Of a DNA stretch of 46,976 nucleotides, positions 18,664-25,799 are shown in pieces (position 1 is the first letter of the stretch; every line of letters starts with the position of its first letter). Source of the stretch: Gammaproteobacteria bacterium. Lineage in GTDB: Bacteria; Pseudomonadota; Gammaproteobacteria; Steroidobacterales; GCA-2729495. The notes beneath the pieces were generated by a model. The model did not search any database, was not told the DNA's origin, and worked only from the letters and a program-made list of their open reading frames with translations. The DNA lies in the NCBI GenBank assembly GCA_024276095.1, contig JAJRXW010000266.1, positions 1-46,976 of the forward strand. Reading direction: 5' to 3'. A program made the position numbers and the translations under genes.

Positions 18664-19887
18664 CTATTCCCGGGCAGCGAGTTCCTTTTCTTTTTTGGCT
18701 GCATTCATGTAAACCACCATCGCATGCCAGTTATGCCTTGTGGCACGCGCAAGCCCGAGAAACGCCTGTCCCTTCAGGGCATGAGCAGATTGGTTTGACG
18801 GCTCGTTGGTCGTAACGATATCCAGTACCTCCAGCGCAAGCTGATATCGCTGCTGTTCGACCAGCCGCCCGGCAACCCGCAGCAACTCCTCCTCACCCCC
18901 CGCTATCTCTGCGAAAAGCCGGTCGCGCTCCTTTTTCGGCGCGGGAGAGAAACGGATCGGATCTTTGCCAAAATAGCCGGTATACCTCCTGTGCAGTCGA
19001 TTGACATACTGCTCCTTGCTGTTCAGAAACGTTTTTTCCAGGAGCGCGTTGCCCTCGAATTCCGCCGGCATTGTGACGGCTGCCTGCGTCTCCTCCAGAT
19101 CGAGCCCCTCATCGACTCTGTCCTTGATCTCTTTTACCAGGTAGCGGGTCACCTGTTTTACCGCATGCAGCGTATCCATGCCGGTATTGCTCATGAAACC
19201 GTGACCGGGCACAAAGATATCGACATCGAGGCTGTCCACCAGGTCAATTGCTTCGACCAGGCCTTCGGGATATCCCTCCGGCATGGCCGGAGATCCCAGG
19301 TTATTGTTGGTCATGTCGCCGAAAAAAAGGATCCTGTCCTGCGTAAGATAGACCAGCACGGCATCATCGGTCTCCGCCTTGATGTGAATCAGCCGGATCG
19401 TTTTGCCACCGAACTCCAGTGTCAGGCGATCCCTGAAGGTGCTGTCAGGATAAACAAGAGGCGCATCGACCAATGTCCCCAGCGCTTCCTGGTTTACCCG
19501 CTCCAGCTTCTTCAGGGTATCGAAATTTTTTACCAGGTTTTCATGAGCGATAAAAACGGTGTCGTTCTCCCTGAAAGCGCCGGCCCCGGCCACATGGTCA
19601 TAATGATAGTGGGTATAAACGACATACCTGATCGGCTTTGCGGTGACCTTGCGTATGCTGGCCAGAAACTCCCGGCCAAGCTGCGGACTCATCCCGGTAT
19701 CGATCACAAGCACGCCTTCGTCCGTGACGACAAACCCCATGTTATTGGACACATAGCCCACCCCCACATAGACGCCATCGGCAATTTCGATGGTGTCGCG
19801 GGAAGGCAGGCCCTGGGCACTAGCGTAGCCGGACAACACGCCTGCAAGAAGAAAAACACGCCAGAACCCGGAAAAAAGAAGCATCAT
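18664..19887 (-). CDS. Secreted metallo-beta-lactamase-fold hydrolase with alkyl-sulfatase-type helical dimerisation region
   Basis: The track ORF runs to 20175 and overlaps hipA. I prefer the ATG at 19887 (GGAG about 11 nt upstream), giving the signal peptide MMLLFSGFWRVFLLAGVLSGYASAQG. HxHxDH motif (YTHYHYDHVAG), later GH and D metal ligands, and a C-terminal helical region resembling alkyl-sulfatase dimerisation domains. Confidence 0.7.
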   Translation of the reverse strand: MMLLFSGFWRVFLLAGVLSGYASAQGLPSRDTIEIADGVYVGVGYVSNNMGFVVTDEGVLVIDTGMSPQLGREFLASIRKVTAKPIRYVVYTHYHYDHVAGAGAFRENDTVFIAHENLVKNFDTLKKLERVNQEALGTLVDAPLVYPDSTFRDRLTLEFGGKTIRLIHIKAETDDAVLVYLTQDRILFFGDMTNNNLGSPAMPEGYPEGLVEAIDLVDSLDVDIFVPGHGFMSNTGMDTLHAVKQVTRYLVKEIKDRVDEGLDLEETQAAVTMPAEFEGNALLEKTFLNSKEQYVNRLHRRYTGYFGKDPIRFSPAPKKERDRLFAEIAGGEEELLRVAGRLVEQQRYQLALEVLDIVTTNEPSNQSAHALKGQAFLGLARATRHNWHAMVVYMNAAKKEKELAARE

Positions 19888-19918
19888 TTCGGCTTTCGCT
19901 CCTGCGCCGTAACAGGCA

Positions 19919-21241
19919 CTACGGTTTAAGATCAGCCCGATGGCTGTTGGCAATTTTACCGATGCTGACCTCGTCAACACCCGCCTGCCGGGCAAAATCC
20001 GGCCAGGCCTCCACGGCCGCGTATACCTGCTGAATGATGCGCTTCGCGGGAGATATATTGAATCGGCCGGCAACCGCCAGAAGGTCTTCGGCCAGAAAGT
20101 CATCCTGCTTTCCGTTGATTGCCATTTGGTGTCGACTGGTCCACGCCCCGTCGGGATTGTAAGCATACGTGACATCGAATGCCGGTGAAAGACACCACTT
20201 TCCCTGTTCGTCCATCAGGAATGCAATGTTCTTCGTATGATCGTCCTGGTTTCTGGCCAGAACATTGAATACCATTCGGCGATACTGCTCGATCAGGGAA
20301 CTCATCGGCAACTGCAGCTGCTGTATGACCGAAAAAGCCTGTTCGTAACTGTGAGCGCCGGCAAGCCTGAAATCGAGATGCGATATTGCAAACAGGGATT
20401 GCATGTGAATTTTGTCGCCGTTGCTTTTCCGGTCGAAACGCCTGGTCATGAAATGAGCGCGATCGTTTTCATAGAGAAGCCTCGACGGCGTCATCTCGAT
20501 GCCGGCAGCCTTCGCCATGAGATAGTAGCCGAACTCTATTTTTCCGTATCCCCGGGGATCGGCAAGACCTTCGTAGCGATTGTCAACGCCATCGAATTTC
20601 AGCAGCCAGTACTCAAAACCCTCCGGTGCGGCAACCTGCCCGGAACGCATCTCCTGCGTGGCGGGGTTCCATGCAACGATTGCTTTCGCCCTTGCTCCAC
20701 CCGCCGACGTACCGACACGAAGAATATCGTCCAGGGCGCCGGCATCAGGTGAATCTTTTCCGGATAACCGGACATGAAGTTCCTCGCGTTGATGAATAAC
20801 GCTGTTGACCAGGTCAACCAGCTCGGCGATTTCTATCACGGCGGAAGCCCCCGGCGCGCGCCGCATCGATGGACGGTATTCGAGCGCGCCCATTCCGCGC
20901 CGTCCGATGTAGCACAACCGTTCAACAGGACTGAACCCGGCCGGATCGCGGCCCTGCCTGGCCAGCCATTCCTGGATGAGCCTGTTGCCAAAATCATCCG
21001 GTAACGAATCCGCCAGCAATCCCGGCAGGCCCAGGAAACCGGGCCCGGAAAGCTCCGGAAACGAGTAAATCTTTCTGGCCCGTAGCGGCATCATCAACGG
21101 CGCAGGCTCGATACCGGTTCTTGCAAATTCCTCGGTGTACTCGAACGACGCCACCCCGCGCCGCTCATCCCAGGATACCGCGCCGAGCGAACGCCCCCAC
21201 AGGTCGATCTCGGCAACGTCAACACGCTTGCCTGTTATCAC
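19919..21241 (-). CDS. hipA: Type II toxin-antitoxin toxin HipA (Ser/Thr kinase)
   Basis: 440 aa. N-terminal coupling domain (VAEIDLWGRSLGAVSWD...FEY), kinase core with SAGGARAKA and NQDDHTKNIAFL motifs. Directly downstream of an XRE-type antitoxin gene. Confidence 0.9.
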   Translation of the reverse strand: MITGKRVDVAEIDLWGRSLGAVSWDERRGVASFEYTEEFARTGIEPAPLMMPLRARKIYSFPELSGPGFLGLPGLLADSLPDDFGNRLIQEWLARQGRDPAGFSPVERLCYIGRRGMGALEYRPSMRRAPGASAVIEIAELVDLVNSVIHQREELHVRLSGKDSPDAGALDDILRVGTSAGGARAKAIVAWNPATQEMRSGQVAAPEGFEYWLLKFDGVDNRYEGLADPRGYGKIEFGYYLMAKAAGIEMTPSRLLYENDRAHFMTRRFDRKSNGDKIHMQSLFAISHLDFRLAGAHSYEQAFSVIQQLQLPMSSLIEQYRRMVFNVLARNQDDHTKNIAFLMDEQGKWCLSPAFDVTYAYNPDGAWTSRHQMAINGKQDDFLAEDLLAVAGRFNISPAKRIIQQVYAAVEAWPDFARQAGVDEVSIGKIANSHRADLKP

Positions 21242-21251
21242 CCTGCAACAC

Positions 21252-21575
21252 TCACTGTGCTGCTTTCCCGCGGGCCCGGGAACCGGTTGCGCGCTGGCGG
21301 ACTCTGCCCCTGAGTTTTGCCAGCTGCACCGGGCTGAGTCCAGGATCCGGAAGAAAATTTTCCAGTTGGTTGATCAGGCCCAGTCCGCGCAGCATGCGAA
21401 CCAGGGTTTCCACTGAAAAATTGCGCCCGTCCTCGGCGTTCTGGATGGTTTTCAGCGCAAGACCCGTTTGTCCCGCCAGCTCTTTCTGGGCCAGGTTCGC
21501 GTTGAGACGCTCACGGCGCAAACGCTGACCCAGTTCAGCCAATATGGCCTGATCGCTCATCTGTGCAAAATTCAT
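21252..21575 (-). CDS. hipB: HipB-like XRE-family antitoxin / transcriptional repressor
   Basis: 107 aa with an HTH (LGQRLRRERLNANLAQKELAGQTGLALKTIQNAEDG), 10 nt upstream of hipA. Confidence 0.8.
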   Translation of the reverse strand: MNFAQMSDQAILAELGQRLRRERLNANLAQKELAGQTGLALKTIQNAEDGRNFSVETLVRMLRGLGLINQLENFLPDPGLSPVQLAKLRGRVRQRATGSRARGKAAQ

Positions 21576-21745
21576 AACACGTATCTTAATACATAAAAAT
21601 GGCAGATATAAGGATAAAAGGTAATATATTATTTCTTATGTGCATTCTATTATTGATTATTATAAGTAGTATACTACTTATTATCAATGAGTTCCTTATA
21701 TTATCAGTAATATATTACTTTTTATCATTAATCATGTCTGGCAAA
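21576..21745. promoter_or_regulatory. AT-rich hipBA promoter/operator region containing several palindromes
   Basis: About 170 bp of very low GC in a ~60% GC context. Contents: a perfect 20-bp palindrome ATAAGTAGTATACTACTTAT (21662-21681); a perfect 12-bp palindrome GTAATATATTAC (21707-21718) with a near copy GTAATATATTAT (21621-21632); and an inverted pair ATATAAGGA (21607-21615) / TCCTTATAT (21693-21701). Confidence 0.55.
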
Positions 21746-21764
21746 TGAGCTAAACGGGACCGGC

Positions 21765-22085
21765 GGGCATCCGAATACCTGTATTTGCGCTGCGGCGAAA
21801 CCCGGCGGTAACCGCGGCCGATACGCAAGCTTATCGCGAGGCCTTCGACAGGCTGGAATTACTGGTGGTCATCGATGTCGCGATGACTGAAACTGCACAG
21901 CAGGCTCACTATGTATTACCGGCCGCATCCCAGTTTGAAAAGTGGGAAGCCACCTTTTTTAATCTGGACTTCCCGGTAAACGGCTTTCACCTGCGAAAAC
22001 CCCTGTTCGCGCCTGCCTCCGGCACCCTGCCGGAGCCTGAAATCTATCACCGGCTGGCGGTTGCCACAGGTGCAAAACACTGCAA
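21765..22085 (+). pseudogene. Internal fragment (~105 codons) of a molybdopterin (bis-MGD) oxidoreductase
   Basis: The frame of track ORF 21865..22200, extended upstream, reads ...NPAVTAADTQAYREAFDRLELLVVIDVAMTETAQQAHYVLPAASQFEKWEATFFN...LPEPEIYHRL. This is the typical mid-protein region of COG0243-type molybdoenzymes, which are ~700 aa or more. There is no N-terminal cluster/MGD domain upstream (the AT-rich region and hipB lie there), and similarity is lost before it runs into the convergent KdsC-like gene. End points are approximate. Confidence 0.65.
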
Positions 22086-22124
22086 TCCGGTCAGACACCC
22101 TTTCATAAATACGTGCCGGTGCGG

Positions 22125-22850
22125 CTACTGGCGATTGACGATGTCGCCTCCGACCTCTGAAAAGCAGCGCGTGGTTACTGCCTGGCGCATCGCCAGATAG
22201 GCCCCATAATCATGATCACTGGCCGCGCGGGATGAAACCACCTCGTCATACCGCCCGATCAGCCCGAGAAAAAGCTCGCATACCTCGCGCACGGCGTGTG
22301 CTCCTCCCGTCTTGCCCGTCACATAGTCACAAAGCGCCTGCCGGCGAACATGGCTGGAGAACAGCGGGCTCGCATCCCGCCGGATCATAAAACGCAAACC
22401 GCAACTCGCTGCCATCGGCAAATCGTTGATGTCGTCAAACACGCAGGCGATCCGGTCTGCATCCAGACCTTCCGTTTTGCACAGGTGATCGATGATCCGG
22501 CCCTTGTTGCCAACGCAAAGATAGACCTCGGAGAAATGCTCGCGCTTGGCAAACTCATCGGCATTCGCATTGGCGGCACCACTGATGACTGCGGCGAACG
22601 GCAAGGCGCCCGACTGCCTCCAGAGCCCGTAACGAAGCATGTTGGTGCCCATGGAATCCGGTTCACTGAACCGGCTCGCCTGCCCGTTGCCCTTGCAGCC
22701 GTTATTGAACACGCCATCCCAGTCAAACACCAGCGCCCGGCACTGCCGGGCGCGCGCCGCCATTTCACCCGCCGGTGTCGCGAACTCACCGCCCAGCGCC
22801 TCGAAACAGGCGGCCAGTTTCGTCAGGTCCTGCCCCGCGTGATCGGCCAC
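22125..22850 (-). CDS. HAD-IIIA phosphatase related to KDO-8-phosphate phosphatase (KdsC/YrbI-like), with N- and C-terminal extensions
   Basis: Motif I FDWDGVFNNG and motif IV VFDDINDLPMAASCG resemble KdsC (FDVDGV..., GDD.ND.P). At 241 aa it is longer than the ~180-aa KdsC. The GTG start shares one base with the upstream stop (TAGTG). Confidence 0.65.
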   Translation of the reverse strand: MADHAGQDLTKLAACFEALGGEFATPAGEMAARARQCRALVFDWDGVFNNGCKGNGQASRFSEPDSMGTNMLRYGLWRQSGALPFAAVISGAANANADEFAKREHFSEVYLCVGNKGRIIDHLCKTEGLDADRIACVFDDINDLPMAASCGLRFMIRRDASPLFSSHVRRQALCDYVTGKTGGAHAVREVCELFLGLIGRYDEVVSSRAASDHDYGAYLAMRQAVTTRCFSEVGGDIVNRQ

Positions 22851-23881
22851 TAGTCGTGCCCGATAATGCCCAGCTTGACGATATCCTGGATGTCCAGAAT
22901 ACCCACCGGCTTGCCCTCCTCGAGGACGACAATCGAATCGATCTGGCTGCTTTCGAATTTGGCCATCGCGTCATACAGCAGGGCATCCGATGAAATACCG
23001 ATCGGGTCGGCCGTAAAGCCGAGCTCTGCCAATGTCTGGGAGAGAATGCCCGAGCCATCCTCCTGCAGTTTCCGCCGCAGATCGCCATCGGTAAACACGC
23101 CGATCGCACCGCCATCGTCTCCTGTAATGGTGAGTGCGCCCAGGCCGGACTCTGTCATCTTGACCATGGCATCGGCAACGGTATCCGAAACCGTGCAACA
23201 CGGATTCATCTCACGAATCACCTGGCCCACCCGAACGGTCATCAGCTGAGTGTGCTCGACAAACTGATTGGTACCGACCGTCGTCAATGCATTCTGGGTC
23301 AGACGTTTCATGACACCCCAGGGCACGGTACATACGTGAACACCCGAAAGAAGGGCGGTACGCACATGCTCCGGATGGCGGACAGATGAGAACATGATTT
23401 TGGTGGGATAACTGTAATTCTCAACAACGTCCACACAATGCTCGTATAAAGAGATTGCATCGTGCCCCTCATCCTGGAGCCGGCCCGCCAACGGGCAGAC
23501 ATAGGCTGCACCGGCGGCCATCGCCATGTATGCCTGGCTCAGGGTATAGATCAGGTGCACATTGACCTTGTGCCCCTCATCGGTCAGCGTCTTGCAGGCC
23601 CGCACGCCGATATTCGAGATCGGCACCTTGAAGACAGGTTCGATCTCCAGCGGCAGGGTCAACAGCCTGTGCGCTTCGTCGATAATCTCCTCGTAGGTAT
23701 TACCGAGCGCTTCGACCTGAAGCTCGGGCACCATTTTGGACAACTCGACGATGGCACCGTCAATATCGGTAATACCGTGCCGGTGCATGAAGGTCGGCGT
23801 CGTCGTGAGGCCCTTGACAAATCCGAGCTGAAAAGCTTCTTCGATCTCTTCAAAATTGACTGAATCGAGATATAAATCCAT
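22850..23881 (-). CDS. Fusion protein: transaldolase/fructose-6-phosphate-aldolase-like TIM barrel (N-terminal) + KdsD/KpsF-type tandem CBS pair (C-terminal)
   Basis: N-terminal ~215 aa: MDLYLDSVNFEEIEE...GLTTTPT... and VFKVPIS, aligning by eye with the Schiff-base Lys region (...VKIP) of TalC/FSA-type enzymes. C-terminal ~125 aa: two CBS repeats including GVFTDGDLRRKL, a near copy of the KdsD motif GIFTDGDLRR. No SIS domain is present. Confidence 0.75.
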   Translation of the reverse strand: MDLYLDSVNFEEIEEAFQLGFVKGLTTTPTFMHRHGITDIDGAIVELSKMVPELQVEALGNTYEEIIDEAHRLLTLPLEIEPVFKVPISNIGVRACKTLTDEGHKVNVHLIYTLSQAYMAMAAGAAYVCPLAGRLQDEGHDAISLYEHCVDVVENYSYPTKIMFSSVRHPEHVRTALLSGVHVCTVPWGVMKRLTQNALTTVGTNQFVEHTQLMTVRVGQVIREMNPCCTVSDTVADAMVKMTESGLGALTITGDDGGAIGVFTDGDLRRKLQEDGSGILSQTLAELGFTADPIGISSDALLYDAMAKFESSQIDSIVVLEEGKPVGILDIQDIVKLGIIGHD

Positions 23882-23897
23882 GGTCTATTCCTTCGAT

Positions 23898-24734
23898 TTA
23901 CTGTAGTTGTTGTCGAGCAAGGTGATGAATATCCAGAAGCGGCTTCAGGAATTCTTCCAGGTCGTCGAGATAGTACTGGCTGGCGGCATCGCACAGCGCA
24001 TCCGGCGGGTTCGGGTGCGCTTCAACGAAAATCCCGTCAACCCCGGCCGCAACCCCGGCGCGTGACAGAACGGAGAGGTACTGACGCATTCCACCACGAG
24101 GATCCTTGCTGGGAATACCGTACTTGCGAATCGTGTGGGTAATGTCGAAAACGACCGGGTAGCCGATCTCGCGCAACATGAGAAAACTCCGCGGGTCGAC
24201 GATCAGATCGTTGTAGCCAAAGGTATAGCCGCGCTCGGTAAGAATGATCTTCCCGCCGCCGCTGTCTTCGATCTTCCTGACGGGTTTGGACATGCCGTCC
24301 GGCGCGATGAATTGCCCGTGTTTGAGATTGACCACCGCACCTGTCTTGGCAGCCGCGACAACCAGCTCGGTTTGCATGCAAAGATAGGCGGGTATCTGAA
24401 CGATGTCGACCACCTCCGCTGCCGGCGCTGCCTGGGACGGGTAATGAATATCGGTCAGCAGCGGAAGATCGAACTCGGCCTTGATTTTCTCCAGCAGTTT
24501 CAGGCCCTCATCCAGGCCCGGCCCCTGGAAATAATCCAGCGAACTGCGATTGTCCTTGCTGAACGAGGATTTGAAAACCAGCGGCAAATCGAGCTTCCGG
24601 GAAATCTCCTTCAGCCGCTCTGCGGTTTTCATCATCAGCGACTCGGCTTCGATAACGCAGGGCCCGGAAATCAGGAACATATCGTCTGATCCGCAGTCGA
24701 TGCCGGCCACGTCTACATGTTTAACATCGGTCAT
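23898..24734 (-). CDS. kdsA: 3-deoxy-8-phosphooctulonate (KDO-8-P) synthase
   Basis: 278 aa with LISGPCVIE, PLVFKSSFSKDNRSS, QIPAYLCMQTELV, NLKHGQF and DITH motifs typical of KdsA. Confidence 0.9.
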   Translation of the reverse strand: MTDVKHVDVAGIDCGSDDMFLISGPCVIEAESLMMKTAERLKEISRKLDLPLVFKSSFSKDNRSSLDYFQGPGLDEGLKLLEKIKAEFDLPLLTDIHYPSQAAPAAEVVDIVQIPAYLCMQTELVVAAAKTGAVVNLKHGQFIAPDGMSKPVRKIEDSGGGKIILTERGYTFGYNDLIVDPRSFLMLREIGYPVVFDITHTIRKYGIPSKDPRGGMRQYLSVLSRAGVAAGVDGIFVEAHPNPPDALCDAASQYYLDDLEEFLKPLLDIHHLARQQLQ

Positions 24735-24936
24735 ATATTGCTCGCATTTCCTCGCACAGAATTGCCGCTATTCTCCGTGCCCGGACCCCGCCAGGCAAGC
24801 AGCTCAATTGGAAAGTCAGCTGCATTCTACAGGTACGGCGCGGCTTTGAGTACGCCGGGCCTGTCATCTGCCGCATAACGGCGTATGCTGCTCAATCGGA
24901 TCGAATGTACGTAATAACAATCAGGGGAGCACAATA

Positions 24937-25701
24937 ATGAACAATATCTTCAAAACAGCCATTTTCTCTGGAATCATCGCTGTCGCCGGTATGGGCAATG
25001 TTCTGGCTCAGGAAGGCGACGAACCTTCTGTTTTTCCTATGGAAACCTTCACCTGTAACTACAAGGAAGGAAAAGATGCGGATGACATCGCCAAGGTCAA
25101 TAAAAAATGGAATGCATGGACGGACAAGAGCGCGGTACCGGAATACGCTGCCTGGATGATCGAGCCATATTTTGTCAGCGGGGACATAGAATTCGACCTT
25201 GGCTGGATCGGCGGCTGGCCTGACGGCAACGCGATGGGAAAAAGCCTCCAGGAGTGGGCCGACAAGGGCTCGGAGCTGTCCGCAGCGTACGGCGAAGTTC
25301 TGGATTGCAACAGTCACTCGAACTTCGCCGCCATGGTGATCAAACCGGCCGAAGCAATCAATGACACCAGTCTGGTGGCCTTTTCCGACTGCAAGGTTGC
25401 GGAAGGGCACACTATGGATCAGACCGTGATGGCATTGTCCGAGTGGGGGCAATACCTCGCAGAGACGGGGCACGACGGCGGTGCAGTCATACTTTTCCCG
25501 GCATTTGGCGTGGGCGACATCGACTACGATTTCAAATGGATGCGCACCTATGACTCATTCGAGACCTTCGGCAAGGCCTACGAGCAGTTCGGCAATGGCG
25601 GTGGCTATCAGAAATCCAGTGCCATGCTGGATGGCCTGATGTCCTGTGACGTGAGCCGCCTGTACACGGTTGAAGTCGTCAGGAATGTTCCGGAGAATTG
25701 A
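24937..25701 (+). CDS. Secreted protein of unknown function built from two homologous ~105-aa halves
   Basis: RBS AGGGGAG. Signal peptide MNNIFKTAIFSGIIAVAGMGNVLAQE. The halves align by eye (FTCNYKEGKDADD...WNAW...W..PYF...DLGW.. versus FSDCKVAEGHTMDQ...WGQY...FPAF...DFKW..). Confidence 0.6.
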   Translation: MNNIFKTAIFSGIIAVAGMGNVLAQEGDEPSVFPMETFTCNYKEGKDADDIAKVNKKWNAWTDKSAVPEYAAWMIEPYFVSGDIEFDLGWIGGWPDGNAMGKSLQEWADKGSELSAAYGEVLDCNSHSNFAAMVIKPAEAINDTSLVAFSDCKVAEGHTMDQTVMALSEWGQYLAETGHDGGAVILFPAFGVGDIDYDFKWMRTYDSFETFGKAYEQFGNGGGYQKSSAMLDGLMSCDVSRLYTVEVVRNVPEN

Positions 25702-25724
25702 TAAGGACAGACAGTACGAAATAC

Positions 25725-25758
25725 CAACCGGGCTCGAACGGAGCTTCGGGCCCGGTTG
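25725..25758 (+). terminator. Stem-loop downstream of the secreted duplicated-domain gene
   Basis: CAACCGGGC ... GCCCGGTTG (9-bp perfect stem, 16-nt loop with an internal GCTC/GAGC sub-stem). No U-tract, so function is uncertain. Confidence 0.3.
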
Positions 25759-25799
25759 ACTGCCCGGCTGGCTGACAGCCTGCGATACGGAGACAGACC

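Noticed and set aside
19888-20175. N-terminal extension of the MBL hydrolase ORF (start at 20175).
   Set aside because: It would overlap hipA by about 250 nt on the same strand, and its translation is Arg/Pro/Ser-rich. The internal ATG at 19887 has a GGAG RBS and yields a canonical signal peptide.
21576-21745. The AT-rich palindromic island as an IS element end, MITE or CRISPR leader/array.
   Set aside because: There is no transposase ORF, no terminal inverted repeats bounding a unit with target duplications, and no regularly spaced identical repeats. Its position immediately upstream of hipB fits an operator/promoter better.
21865-22200. Track ORF 21865..22200 as an intact 111-aa gene.
   Set aside because: Its similarity to molybdoenzymes continues upstream of the putative GTG start and stops mid-ORF. 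The tail overlaps the convergent KdsC-like gene. It is treated as a pseudogene fragment.
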